From Candidatus Krumholzibacteriia bacterium (lineage in GTDB: Bacteria > Krumholzibacteriota > Krumholzibacteriia > Krumholzibacteriales > Krumholzibacteriaceae): DNA of 64,000 nucleotides. The stretch spans positions 3,712-67,711 of the forward strand of contig JAGLYV010000078.1 of assembly GCA_023131975.1 (NCBI GenBank), written 5' to 3'. This document shows positions 30,058 to 39,184 of this stretch, piece by piece; the stretch's first letter is position 1, and every line of letters starts with the position of its first letter. Position numbers and translations under genes: made by a program. The notes below the pieces were generated by a model, which was given only the letters and a program-made list of their open reading frames with translations, made no database searches and was not told the DNA's origin.

Positions 30058-30795
30058 TTAAAGTCCCCCTGTGCCGGCGAGCATCACAGGTATCGTCCTG
30101 AATATTATCTTCAAGTCCATGGCGAGAGACCAGTTCTCTATGTAATAGAGATCCAGCTTGACCATCTCGTGGAACGGGACGGTACTCCTTCCACTGACCT
30201 GCCAGAGGCCTGTCAATCCAGGCTTTACTTTCAGCCTCAACTTGTGCCATTCATCATACTGCTCATACTCATACCCAAGTGGCGGCCGCGGGCCGACGAT
30301 AGTCATCTCACCCTTGAGTATGTTGATGAACTGCGGCAGTTCATCAAGACTGGTCCGCCTCAAAAACCCGCCAAGGCCGGTTATCCGCGGATCATGGGAT
30401 ATTTTATATAGATTACTTTCCTGGCCGTCAAGTGATGATTGCGACATCTGGCCCTTGATGAAATTCTGGGCAAACTCCCTGTGGATCGAATCGTCATTGT
30501 CGGGACGCATGGTCCGGAACTTGAAAAAGGCAAAAGAACGCCCATTTTCCCCGATTCTCTGTTGCTTAAAGAAGACGGAGCCTCTGGACGTTATCTTGAT
30601 AAGCACAGCAAGGGCGAGAAAAAATGGGAACCCTATCATTAGAACACCCAGTGATACGCCCACATCTATGAAACGTTTGACAAATCTCTGCGCAACGCCC
30701 CGCTCCCGTATGGCGAACGAGACACCACCGTCAAGTCGTTCCTCATGCTGCTCAATCTTGATGTCACTGTCCAGGGCCAGTGATAACTTTCTCAT
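30058..30795 (-). CDS. Small initiating phosphoglycosyl transferase (PglC/WbaP C-domain-like bacterial sugar transferase)
   Basis: A single N-terminal re-entrant helix, then ...KFRTMR...DPRIT..G.FLRRTSLDELPQFINILKGEMTIVGPRP. Confidence 0.8.
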   Translation of the reverse strand: MRKLSLALDSDIKIEQHEERLDGGVSFAIRERGVAQRFVKRFIDVGVSLGVLMIGFPFFLALAVLIKITSRGSVFFKQQRIGENGRSFAFFKFRTMRPDNDDSIHREFAQNFIKGQMSQSSLDGQESNLYKISHDPRITGLGGFLRRTSLDELPQFINILKGEMTIVGPRPPLGYEYEQYDEWHKLRLKVKPGLTGLWQVSGRSTVPFHEMVKLDLYYIENWSLAMDLKIIFRTIPVMLAGTGGL

Positions 30796-30880
30796 AGCTG
30801 AACTGTCCCGTCTCAGTTACCGACTAAACTTATGTCTTTAACCGTTAATCTATATGCCCCCTCCTTGTTAAAGACCTCTC

Positions 30881-31987
30881 TTATGTCTGATCGATAGTTC
30901 TTAACACCTCACAGACACGATCGACTTTATCCAATGCGAGTTCCGGAAACATCGGAAGAGTGATGCTGGTAGTCATCAATTTTTCTGATACCGGAAAATC
31001 TCCACTTGAATAACCCAGGTGCAAAAATGCTGGTTGCAGGTGGATGGGGACCGGATAATGCCGACCCCACCCTATATCTGCGTCAGCAAGTGCCTTACCG
31101 ACAACCTGCTGGTCTTTACACCCCAGCGCGAAAAGATGATAGACTGGCTCGCAATCCTTGCTTTCTGCGGCCATCCAATACCCTGTATCCTTCAGACCCT
31201 CGTGATATCTCTCGGCGAGTGCCCTTCTTTTTTCATTCCATCCGTCCAGGTATGCCAGTTTCACTCCCAGAACTGCCGCCTGGATTGCCTGAAGCCTGTA
31301 ATTATAACCTAGCTCTGTGTGCTCGTTTTTAACGATCTGACCGTGATGCCTGAGCCCCTTCATGCGTCTTACCAGTTCCTTGTCATCGGTAGTGACAGCA
31401 CCACCCTCCCCGAAAGACCCCAGGTTCTTGCTGGGATAAAAGGAGAATGCAGCCGCATGGCCGAGTGATCCGGCTCTTCTTCCTTTATATCTGGCACCAT
31501 GGGCCTGACAGGAATCCTCGATCACCTTGAGCCCATGTTTCTCCGCGATCTCCATAATCGAGTCCATATCGCATGGCTGACCGAAGAGATGCACGGGGAT
31601 TATAGCCTTTGTCTTGTCTGTAATAGCAGCTTCGAGTTTCGATGGGTCCATAAGCGCGGTGTCTTCAAGGACATCGATCAGGACAGGCTTTACGCCGATC
31701 ATTCCGATCGCCTCGACGGTAGCGATAAAAGTGTTCGCAACCGTGATCACCTCATCGCCCGGTCCAATCTTGAATCCAAGAAGAGCAAGTACAAGAGCTG
31801 ATGTACCACTGCTCGTCCCGGCACAGTATTTCGTGCCGCAATAATCCGCAAAATTCGCTTCGAACTCTTCGAGCCCCGGACCAAGCACAAACGCCGTTTT
31901 ATCGATCACTTTCTCGATAGCAGCATCGACTTCGGCCCTTATCGTCTGTGTTTGCTCACTAAGGTTGAAAAACGGTATCTTACCCAT
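30881..31987 (-). CDS. DegT/DnrJ/EryC1/StrS-family PLP-dependent sugar aminotransferase (WbpE-like)
   Basis: 368 aa with DegT-family N-terminus (IPFFNL...) and motifs (..FYPSKNLGSFGEGGAVTT..). Confidence 0.8.
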   Translation of the reverse strand: MGKIPFFNLSEQTQTIRAEVDAAIEKVIDKTAFVLGPGLEEFEANFADYCGTKYCAGTSSGTSALVLALLGFKIGPGDEVITVANTFIATVEAIGMIGVKPVLIDVLEDTALMDPSKLEAAITDKTKAIIPVHLFGQPCDMDSIMEIAEKHGLKVIEDSCQAHGARYKGRRAGSLGHAAAFSFYPSKNLGSFGEGGAVTTDDKELVRRMKGLRHHGQIVKNEHTELGYNYRLQAIQAAVLGVKLAYLDGWNEKRRALAERYHEGLKDTGYWMAAESKDCEPVYHLFALGCKDQQVVGKALADADIGWGRHYPVPIHLQPAFLHLGYSSGDFPVSEKLMTTSITLPMFPELALDKVDRVCEVLRTIDQT

Positions 31988-32443
31988 AGATCACGCCTCT
32001 TCCATCTCAGTTTTAAATACCCCTTACCCAAGTCCCCTGATTATAACATCATTGACAAATTAATACTAGCCCCTAAATTCCGACCTGGATTCAGGGAAAC
32101 AATCCTCCGCATGATAGCAAATAGCACTACGATAGGGAATTTTCCCTCAAAAGCGCCAGCCTTGACTTTGGGCCGGACTTTTGCTTTAATCCCTTTATGA
32201 GAATTCTGCTTGTATCAGAAGAAATCACCGCAAGCCCTTCGGAAGGGCTTCTCGTCTTTATTATGCATATCTGCAGATATCTATCTGCCAGACATCAGCT
32301 TAAGGTGATATACAGAGATGGAAATCCTGAAGCTCACCTGGATGCTCTCCCGCTTCTTTCAGGCCGACTGCATTCGGGGAGAAATCTTCGTAACTATTTT
32401 AAAACAACCAATTTGATCTGATTATCTACATCCCATCTTCTCT

Positions 32444-32473
32444 TGACAGGGGCCGCCAGGAAGGGGTACAGTC
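32444..32473 (+). promoter_or_regulatory. Sigma70-like promoter for the rmlC-rmlD operon
   Basis: TTGACA - 18 nt - TACAGT lies about 45 nt upstream of the SD-containing start of rmlC. Confidence 0.35.
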
Positions 32474-32517
32474 TCTGATACCTGTCACCCATGATTACGC
32501 TCACAAAGGAGCCTGAA

Positions 32518-32973
32518 ATGATAGATGGTGTAAAGATAAAGAAACTGAAGGTGATTTCTGATGAACGAGGCAGGCTCATGGAGATGGTCCGTGCCGATGA
32601 TGAGGATTTCGTCAAGTTCGGCCAAGTCTACATGACTACCTGTTACGAGGGCGTCGTCAAGGGCTGGCATTACCACCATAAACAGTTCGACTACATGACT
32701 GTCATCAGGGGCATGATGAAGATCGTACTTTATGACAACCGTGAAGAGTCATCTACGCATGGAGAGGTCAACGAGTTCTTTGCCGGGGAAAATAATCCGA
32801 TCAGAGTCCAGATCCCTCCTGGTGTGTGTCATGGATTCAAATGTATAAGTCCCGGAGAGGCGATCGTGGTTAACACGGTATCGGAACCGTACGCATACGA
32901 TGACCCCGACGAACACCGTATGGACCCTCATAATAACGATATCCCATACGACTGGAACAGAAAAGACGGATAG
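32518..32973 (+). CDS. rmlC: dTDP-4-dehydrorhamnose 3,5-epimerase-like cupin (RmlC/WxcM family)
   Basis: Cupin fold. Start moved to the second ATG because AAGGAG lies inside the first nine codons of the listed ORF. Confidence 0.6.
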   Translation: MIDGVKIKKLKVISDERGRLMEMVRADDEDFVKFGQVYMTTCYEGVVKGWHYHHKQFDYMTVIRGMMKIVLYDNREESSTHGEVNEFFAGENNPIRVQIPPGVCHGFKCISPGEAIVVNTVSEPYAYDDPDEHRMDPHNNDIPYDWNRKDG

Positions 32974-32989
32974 CAACGGTGGTTCACCG

Positions 32990-33853
32990 ATGAAAAAAGT
33001 ATATGTCACAGGTTCCCGCGGAATGCTCGGCAGGGCACTTGTTCCCATCTTCTCGGAACATTACGAAGTAAGAGGCACAGATCTGCCCGACGCCGATGTC
33101 CGTGTGGCAACCGATATCCACGAGGATATCCTGAGATTCGCTCCCGATATCGTCATCCATCTCGCATCGATGACCGACGTTGACGGATGCGAACTCGATC
33201 CGGAACAGGCTGATATCTCGAACCGGGCCGGTACTGAAAACGTGGCGAAAGCCTGCCTGGAATGCGACGCAGTCATGGGTTATGTCAGCACGGGAATGAT
33301 CTATAACGGTTTAAAACCTTACCCCTATATCGAATATGACAAGCCCGACCCTATTTCGGTCTATGGGAGGACCAAATTCGAAGGTGAACTCGCTATGCGT
33401 TCCATCCTTAAACGATATTACATCTTCAATACGTGCTGGATCTTCGGCGGAGGCGCCGTAGACAAGAAATTCGTTGCCCGAATCATCGACATGGCTCGTA
33501 ACAACCCTTCGATCAGGATTGTAGACGATAAACTTGGATCACCGACCTACACGGTCGACCTTGCTTCCCGTATATTGAGACTCATCGGTGACGGGGTACC
33601 TTTTGGGCGCTATCACTGTGTCAATTCTGGCTGCGTGAGCAGGTATGAAGTCGCTGGTGAGATAATAAAGGCCGCAGGTATCGAAGGCTGTGAAGTACTT
33701 CCCGTCCCTTCGACCGAATTTCCTCTTCCGGCACCGAGACCAGCGATGGAAGGTATGTCAAACTACGCGATGAGTCTACTCGGAATGGAAAGGATGCGTG
33801 ACTGGCGTACGGCCCTGCATGAATACGTCACGTCCGAACTGTCCTCAGACTGA
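32990..33853 (+). CDS. rmlD: dTDP-4-dehydrorhamnose reductase
   Basis: Starts MKKVYVTGSRGMLGRAL. Has an RmlD-like SDR Rossmann fold and the YGRTK motif (VYGRTKFEGE). Confidence 0.75.
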   Translation: MKKVYVTGSRGMLGRALVPIFSEHYEVRGTDLPDADVRVATDIHEDILRFAPDIVIHLASMTDVDGCELDPEQADISNRAGTENVAKACLECDAVMGYVSTGMIYNGLKPYPYIEYDKPDPISVYGRTKFEGELAMRSILKRYYIFNTCWIFGGGAVDKKFVARIIDMARNNPSIRIVDDKLGSPTYTVDLASRILRLIGDGVPFGRYHCVNSGCVSRYEVAGEIIKAAGIEGCEVLPVPSTEFPLPAPRPAMEGMSNYAMSLLGMERMRDWRTALHEYVTSELSSD

Positions 33854-33898
33854 AAAGAGATTTCCCGTTTTTCCGAGCACCCGCCATCCCCGGGATGC

Positions 33899-34627
33899 TC
33901 AGGTGTTGTTGGCTCCGGTCTTCGCAACCAGATTGCCCGCTTTTAAAAGAGATTCGAATGTTCCCGCGTCCGTCCACCAACCGTCGAGGATGTCCCAGGC
34001 AAGCTCTCCCCTGTCGATGTAGGCGTTGTTGACATCGGTGATCTCGAGCTCACCGCGGCCCGAAGGCTTAAGAGTCTTGATAATATCGAAGACCGTGTTG
34101 TCGTACATGTAGATCCCTGTCACGGCGTAACTGGATCCGGGTTTGGCGGGTTTCTCCTCTATCTTGACGACTCTTTCACCTTCAAGCACAGGCACGCCGA
34201 ACCGCTCCGGGTCCGGGACTTCCTTTAGGAGTATTCTGGCTCCAGAATCCTGCTTCCTGAATGCATCGACTGCTGCAGCAATATTCTTCTCTATGATATT
34301 GTCTCCCAGTACTACACAGATGCTTTCGTCACCGGCGAAGTACTCAGCCAGCTTCAATGCCTCGGCGATTCCCCCCTCACCCTCCTGATACGTATAATTG
34401 ATATGCTCCAGCCCGAATTTGCTCCCGTTTCCCAGCAGCCTGAGAAAATCACCAGCGTTATTCCCTCCGGTGACGACGAGGATATCACGTATATCAGCAT
34501 CGATAAGTGTCTGTATAGGATAGTAGATCATCGGTTTGTCGTGTACGGGAAGCAGATGCTTGTTGGTTATTTTTGTCAGGGGCAGAAGCCGGCTGCCGAG
34601 CCCCCCGGCCAATATAATTCCCTTCAT
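33899..34627 (-). CDS. Sugar-phosphate nucleotidyltransferase, short RmlA-like form (glucose-1-phosphate thymidylyltransferase family)
   Basis: MKGIILAGGLGSRLLPLTKITNKHLLPV. The SD AAGGAG lies upstream. Confidence 0.7.
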   Translation of the reverse strand: MKGIILAGGLGSRLLPLTKITNKHLLPVHDKPMIYYPIQTLIDADIRDILVVTGGNNAGDFLRLLGNGSKFGLEHINYTYQEGEGGIAEALKLAEYFAGDESICVVLGDNIIEKNIAAAVDAFRKQDSGARILLKEVPDPERFGVPVLEGERVVKIEEKPAKPGSSYAVTGIYMYDNTVFDIIKTLKPSGRGELEITDVNNAYIDRGELAWDILDGWWTDAGTFESLLKAGNLVAKTGANNT

Positions 34628-34884
34628 CGATCGATTCTCCTTTTTTCATGTTCAAGACCGGGGCAGTATAGCAATACTCCCGGCCAAACTCAAGCTTATA
34701 CCCGCTGATCAGCATATTTATCATTGTACGAAGAATCGATTAACGCTACTATGACTGTTCGTGGAGTGTAATTACCAAGTCCTTATCGCACTGGTCCCCG
34801 ACCGCTGATTCAACCAGGATCTTTGAGGACCAGCGACGATCGATCAGAGAATCAGATTTTCTCGCTCTCAGCAGGAGACAGGTG

Positions 34885-35562
34885 ATGCCAAAAATGACAC
34901 CCAGCCACAAGCCGTTCGAAATCCGGGACTGCGCTCTGGCAGCGGTCGCTACAGGCGTAAAGGCCCAGAACCTGAAAGAATTCTGTGACGCTATCGGGAA
35001 GATCGAACCTGAGAGTATTTACTATCACTTCTGGGGGGGGCTCCTCAAACCGAGGTTCGACGATCCGGAATATCACAACGATTTTGCTGCCTGGGCCAGC
35101 CACGCCCTTCATGACAAGATCCTTGCGGAGAGACTGTCGGTTCTCGACCCATCGGAAATCCCCGATCTCGAAAAAATCCGCGCTGAACTTATTGATATCA
35201 TAGAAGAAAGACTCGACGAAAACGAATATGTGCCTTGGTGCAAACGCGACCAGCAGTTTCATTTCATCACATCACAGATTGTTGTTTTCGATACACGAAA
35301 GACGATTTCAAAAGCCAATGAACTTGTCAAAATCATACCTTCGCTGACTTCCAGCAGCATCTTCTACCATTTTATCGACGCCCGCAGGAGGACATTCGGA
35401 AATATAGACGATTTCAGCAGTTGGCTCTACGGTTTCGCCGACAAGCATTCCGACCTTTGTTGTCTCCTGGCTACGATAGACCCTTTCTTCTCGACGCTCC
35501 CCGAACTGAAGTCTCAGATCGCGGATATAATGAAGGAGTATTTTCAGGGGGGTGAGAAATGA
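34885..35562 (+). CDS. Uncharacterised conserved protein translationally coupled to treT
   Basis: About 225 aa, predicted soluble and helical, with no recognisable catalytic motif. The stop overlaps the treT start (ATGA). The SD AGGAGA lies 7 nt upstream of the ATG at 34885. Confidence 0.5.
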   Translation: MPKMTPSHKPFEIRDCALAAVATGVKAQNLKEFCDAIGKIEPESIYYHFWGGLLKPRFDDPEYHNDFAAWASHALHDKILAERLSVLDPSEIPDLEKIRAELIDIIEERLDENEYVPWCKRDQQFHFITSQIVVFDTRKTISKANELVKIIPSLTSSSIFYHFIDARRRTFGNIDDFSSWLYGFADKHSDLCCLLATIDPFFSTLPELKSQIADIMKEYFQGGEK

Positions 35563-36803
35563 GAACCTCAATACTCGATAAATACGCTGACATAGTCGGG
35601 TGGGACGTGATCGACCAGCTTCATCAGCTTGTGGCTCCCCTCAGGGACATAAAGATAGTACATGTCAACTCCACGCGCAAGGGAGGCGGGGTCGCCGAGA
35701 TCTTGAACAAGCTCGTTCCTCTTAAGAGGGAACTCGGAATGAACGTGTCATGGGAAGTCGTAGAGGGGAACGATGATTTCTTCAAGTGCACCAAAAGTTT
35801 TCATAACGGTCTTCAGGGTGACAAGGTGGAGATCCCCAGATCTCTTCTTGATTCATATGAGCGGGTTAACGAAGAGAACGCCGACAAGCTGAGAGGAAAA
35901 TTGACGGATGCTGATATCGTTGTAATCCATGATCCCCAACCAGCCCCCCTCTTACGTTTCATTCCTGAAAGGAAGGGAAAATGGATATGGCGTTGCCATA
36001 TCGATGCAAGTCATCCCGACAGGTTCGTGTGGAAATACCTTCGCGATTTCATTGTGGAGTACGACGCGAGCATATTCTCTCTTGCGGCGTTTGCACAGCC
36101 TCTTCCCCATACCGAATTCCTGATACCGCCCAGTATTGATCCTCTGAGTGACAAGAACATCGAACTCGACCGAAAAGAGATCGAATCGACCGTCTCGAAC
36201 CTGGGTATAGACACGGAACGTCCGATCATGCTGCAGGTTTCCCGTTTCGACCGTTTCAAGGACCCGGTCGGTGTCATCCAGGCCTACAGGCTTACCAAGA
36301 AATTCGTACCCTCCTTGCAGCTCGTTCTGGCGGGCGGGGAAGCGACCGACGATCCAGAATCACAAGCAGTGCTCGAAGATATCAATATAGCCGCCAACAA
36401 AGATACGGATATTCATATCCTTGTTCTTCCGTCCGACGCGCACAGGACCATAAACGCTCTTCAGAGAGCATCCGATATAGTATTGCAGAAATCCACACGG
36501 GAAGGATTCGGGCTCACCGTGACCGAAGCCATGTGGAAGGGAAAACCTGTCATAGGCGGAGACACCGGCGGTATCAGGATACAGGTAGTAAATCATCGCA
36601 CGGGATTCCTTGTGAACACCCCTGAAGGAGCCGCGCTTCGTGCCCGTTACCTGCTCTTCCACCGAGACAAGCTGATGGAGATGGGATCGACCGCGAAGAA
36701 ATTCGTTAAAGAAAACTTCCTCCTTACAAGGCATCTACGCGAATACCTTACCGTAATGGTCTCCATAATACACGGCGAAAAAGACAGGATCGAGCTTGAT
36801 TAA
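35559..36803 (+). CDS. treT: Trehalose glycosyltransferring synthase (TreT-like GT4; NDP-glucose + glucose -> trehalose)
   Basis: 414 aa, near-colinear with remembered archaeal/Thermotogae TreT (VHVNST..GGGVAEIL..LVPL, WRCHID, PPSIDPLSDKN, QVSRFD, QRASDIVLQKSTREGFGLTVTEAMWKGKPVIG). Confidence 0.7.
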   Translation: MRTSILDKYADIVGWDVIDQLHQLVAPLRDIKIVHVNSTRKGGGVAEILNKLVPLKRELGMNVSWEVVEGNDDFFKCTKSFHNGLQGDKVEIPRSLLDSYERVNEENADKLRGKLTDADIVVIHDPQPAPLLRFIPERKGKWIWRCHIDASHPDRFVWKYLRDFIVEYDASIFSLAAFAQPLPHTEFLIPPSIDPLSDKNIELDRKEIESTVSNLGIDTERPIMLQVSRFDRFKDPVGVIQAYRLTKKFVPSLQLVLAGGEATDDPESQAVLEDINIAANKDTDIHILVLPSDAHRTINALQRASDIVLQKSTREGFGLTVTEAMWKGKPVIGGDTGGIRIQVVNHRTGFLVNTPEGAALRARYLLFHRDKLMEMGSTAKKFVKENFLLTRHLREYLTVMVSIIHGEKDRIELD

Positions 36804-36830
36804 AAGATTTTTACGACACAGGTATCTCTC

Positions 36831-37622
36831 GTGAAGGTGATTAGAGAAGGAGTGGATCTTGAAGCCTTTCTGAGGTCCCTGCGCGCCAGAAAGGAAAGAG
36901 TGCTCCTACTCGACTACGACGGAACACTCGCTCCGTTCAGGGTAAAAAGATCGATGGCCTTTCCATACGAAGGAGTAAGGGATCGTATATCAACTATACT
37001 GAGACTGGAAAGATGCAGGACTGTGATTATCTCGGGCAGGAGCATAAAAGATTTGCCCCCGTTGCTCGGCATTCATCCCCTACCCGAGATATGGGGATGC
37101 CACGGATGGGAAAGGCTTTACCCAGATGGAACCTACGCTGGACCAACACTCGGGAATGAGACTGAAAAAGCGTTCAACCTTATCCGGTCATGGGCCGCAA
37201 GTAAAGATATCGGATCACGGTGCGAATCAAAGCCGGCATCGATTGCCGTACACTGGCGCGGAATCGATGAAAGCAAAGCAGAATCAGAGAGAATATCCCT
37301 CGAGACAGATGTGGTTCCGAATCTGAAAGACGCTGGCATAGCAGTTAGAAGATTTGACGGAGGGCTCGAATTTGTCGCCACTGGAAACGACAAGGGGACT
37401 GCGGTGAAAACAATCCTGCGAGAGAGCGGAGATGACGCAGCCATAGTCTACATGGGCGATGACCTTACCGACGAAAAGGCGTTCGAGGCCCTGAGTAAAA
37501 AAGGGCTCTCCCTCCTTGTAAGACCGGAATTCAGGAAGACCGCCGCCGATGCATGGCTTATCCCTCCAGGTGAGCTCCTCGATTTTCTTGATTACTGGAT
37601 AGAAGGATGTGCACTCACATGA
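36831..37622 (+). CDS. otsB: Trehalose-6-phosphate phosphatase (HAD family)
   Basis: Has the HAD motif I LLLDYDGTLAP, a later GDD motif (YMGDDLTDE), and a probable GTG start. Confidence 0.75.
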   Translation: MKVIREGVDLEAFLRSLRARKERVLLLDYDGTLAPFRVKRSMAFPYEGVRDRISTILRLERCRTVIISGRSIKDLPPLLGIHPLPEIWGCHGWERLYPDGTYAGPTLGNETEKAFNLIRSWAASKDIGSRCESKPASIAVHWRGIDESKAESERISLETDVVPNLKDAGIAVRRFDGGLEFVATGNDKGTAVKTILRESGDDAAIVYMGDDLTDEKAFEALSKKGLSLLVRPEFRKTAADAWLIPPGELLDFLDYWIEGCALT

Positions 37623-39109
37623 ACAGCGAAACTGCGGCTTATAAAAGGCTTGTGATAGTATCCAACCGGCTTCCTTTCGTTCTTGAGAAGTGCGGAGACG
37701 GATGGACTGCGATTCCGGGTTCAGGCGGTCTTGTAACGGCCCTTGCCCCCGTACTCAGAAACCGCGGAGGCATATGGATCGGCTGGCCCGGCATCTCCGA
37801 ATCCGCCGACATATCCGAACTGGTCGAAAAAGCCTCAAAAGATGCGGGGTTTTCGATGACACCCGTAATGCTCAACAAGGATGAGGTTCTGAACTATTAT
37901 GTAGGTTTTTCAAATGAAGTCATCTGGCCGCTCTTTCACGATTTTCAGTCCTACTGCAACTTTGACCCCCGTTACTGGGAAATTTATCAAAAGATAAATT
38001 CGAGGTTTGCTTCTGTAATTGCCGAAAATGCCTCCCCGGAGGATTTTATATGGGTTCATGACTATCACCATATCTGTGTGGCCACCGAACTGAGAAAGCT
38101 GAACGTATCCTCCCGGCTCGGATTCTTTCTGCATATACCATTTCCTCCTCTGGACCTCTTTGTCAAGCTCCCCTGGAGATATGAGCTGCTGCGGGCGATG
38201 CTCGACTACGACCTTATAGGATTCCAAACTCTTCGCGACCGACGGAATTTCACACAGTGTCTTGGGGCCTTTGTAAAAAACATCCGCACGAAGGGGACAG
38301 GACGGCTTCTTTCAGTGGAATTTGAAGGACGGACGAGACTCGTAGGAGCATTCCCTGTCAGCATCGATTACCGGGAATTCTCCCAGATGGCCAGGACACG
38401 CGAAGTGGCTGACAGAGGGTGGTTTATTCATGAAGACATCCCGGACAGAAAGATAGTGCTGGGTGTGGATAGACTTGATTATACCAAGGGCATCATTTAT
38501 CGACTCAAGGCTTTTGCGAGACTGTTGGAAAAACACCCTGAGATACACAGGATGATCACACTAGTACAGGTCGTCGTTCCAAGCAGAAGGAACATTCCCA
38601 TATACGAGAACCTCAAGGTTGAGATCGAAAGACTCGTGGGCGAGATCAACGGGAGGTTCACAAAATCAGGATGGGTGCCTATTCATTATATATTCCGATC
38701 CCTGTCAAGGACCGAACTCCTTGCGTATTACCGATCGTCTGAAATAGCTATAGTCACGCCTCTCAAGGACGGCATGAACCTCGTGGCCAAAGAATATTGT
38801 GCTTCGAGCATCGAACAGACAGGGGCGCTTATACTCAGTGAGTTTGCCGGAAGCGCGCATCAGCTCCAAACCGGGGCTTTTATCGTCAACCCCTATCACA
38901 TCGATGAAGTCGCGGATGCGATATACACGGCCTTCAAAATGAATCAAGAAGAACTCAAGGTTCGAATGAAAAAAATGCAGAAATCCATAACCAGGCAGGA
39001 TATATACTGGTGGGTCGATTCATTCCTGAACGCGGCCATATCAGGAAAACTCAAGGATTTTCCTTTTCTCGAAGAACTCAGCCATGATACCGAACCCAAG
39101 TCGGAGTGA
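37619..39109 (+). CDS. otsA: Alpha,alpha-trehalose-phosphate synthase (UDP/ADP-forming), GT20
   Basis: Starts LVIVSNRLP..., with WIGWPG, VHDYHH and [10 protein letters not shown] motifs typical of OtsA. It overlaps the otsB stop. Confidence 0.85.
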   Translation: MNSETAAYKRLVIVSNRLPFVLEKCGDGWTAIPGSGGLVTALAPVLRNRGGIWIGWPGISESADISELVEKASKDAGFSMTPVMLNKDEVLNYYVGFSNEVIWPLFHDFQSYCNFDPRYWEIYQKINSRFASVIAENASPEDFIWVHDYHHICVATELRKLNVSSRLGFFLHIPFPPLDLFVKLPWRYELLRAMLDYDLIGFQTLRDRRNFTQCLGAFVKNIRTKGTGRLLSVEFEGRTRLVGAFPVSIDYREFSQMARTREVADRGWFIHEDIPDRKIVLGVDRLDYTKGIIYRLKAFARLLEKHPEIHRMITLVQVVVPSRRNIPIYENLKVEIERLVGEINGRFTKSGWVPIHYIFRSLSRTELLAYYRSSEIAIVTPLKDGMNLVAKEYCASSIEQTGALILSEFAGSAHQLQTGAFIVNPYHIDEVADAIYTAFKMNQEELKVRMKKMQKSITRQDIYWWVDSFLNAAISGKLKDFPFLEELSHDTEPKSE

Positions 39110-39184
39110 CAAGACAATCTCGACGATATTTCCTGTGACAGGGAAGGTTAAGGACCCTCTGGCAACTTCTAACGGAGGCGAAGG

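Noticed and set aside
29161-30411. 416-aa plus-strand ORF
   Set aside because: It is entirely antisense to the well-conserved Gfo/Idh/MocA oxidoreductase and sugar-transferase genes. It has no recognisable motif and a low-complexity Arg/Gly-rich composition, so it is a shadow ORF.
32491-32517. First ATG of the rmlC ORF
   Set aside because: The ribosome-binding site AAGGAG lies within these nine codons, so the second ATG (32518) is the likelier start.
34655-34683. Imperfect hairpin (CCGGGGCAGUAU...AUACUCCCGG) in the divergent region between the rmlA-like gene and the treT-linked ORF
   Set aside because: It is not followed by a U-tract on either strand and lies in the 5' UTR of the rmlA-like gene. 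It may be regulatory, but the evidence is too weak to call.
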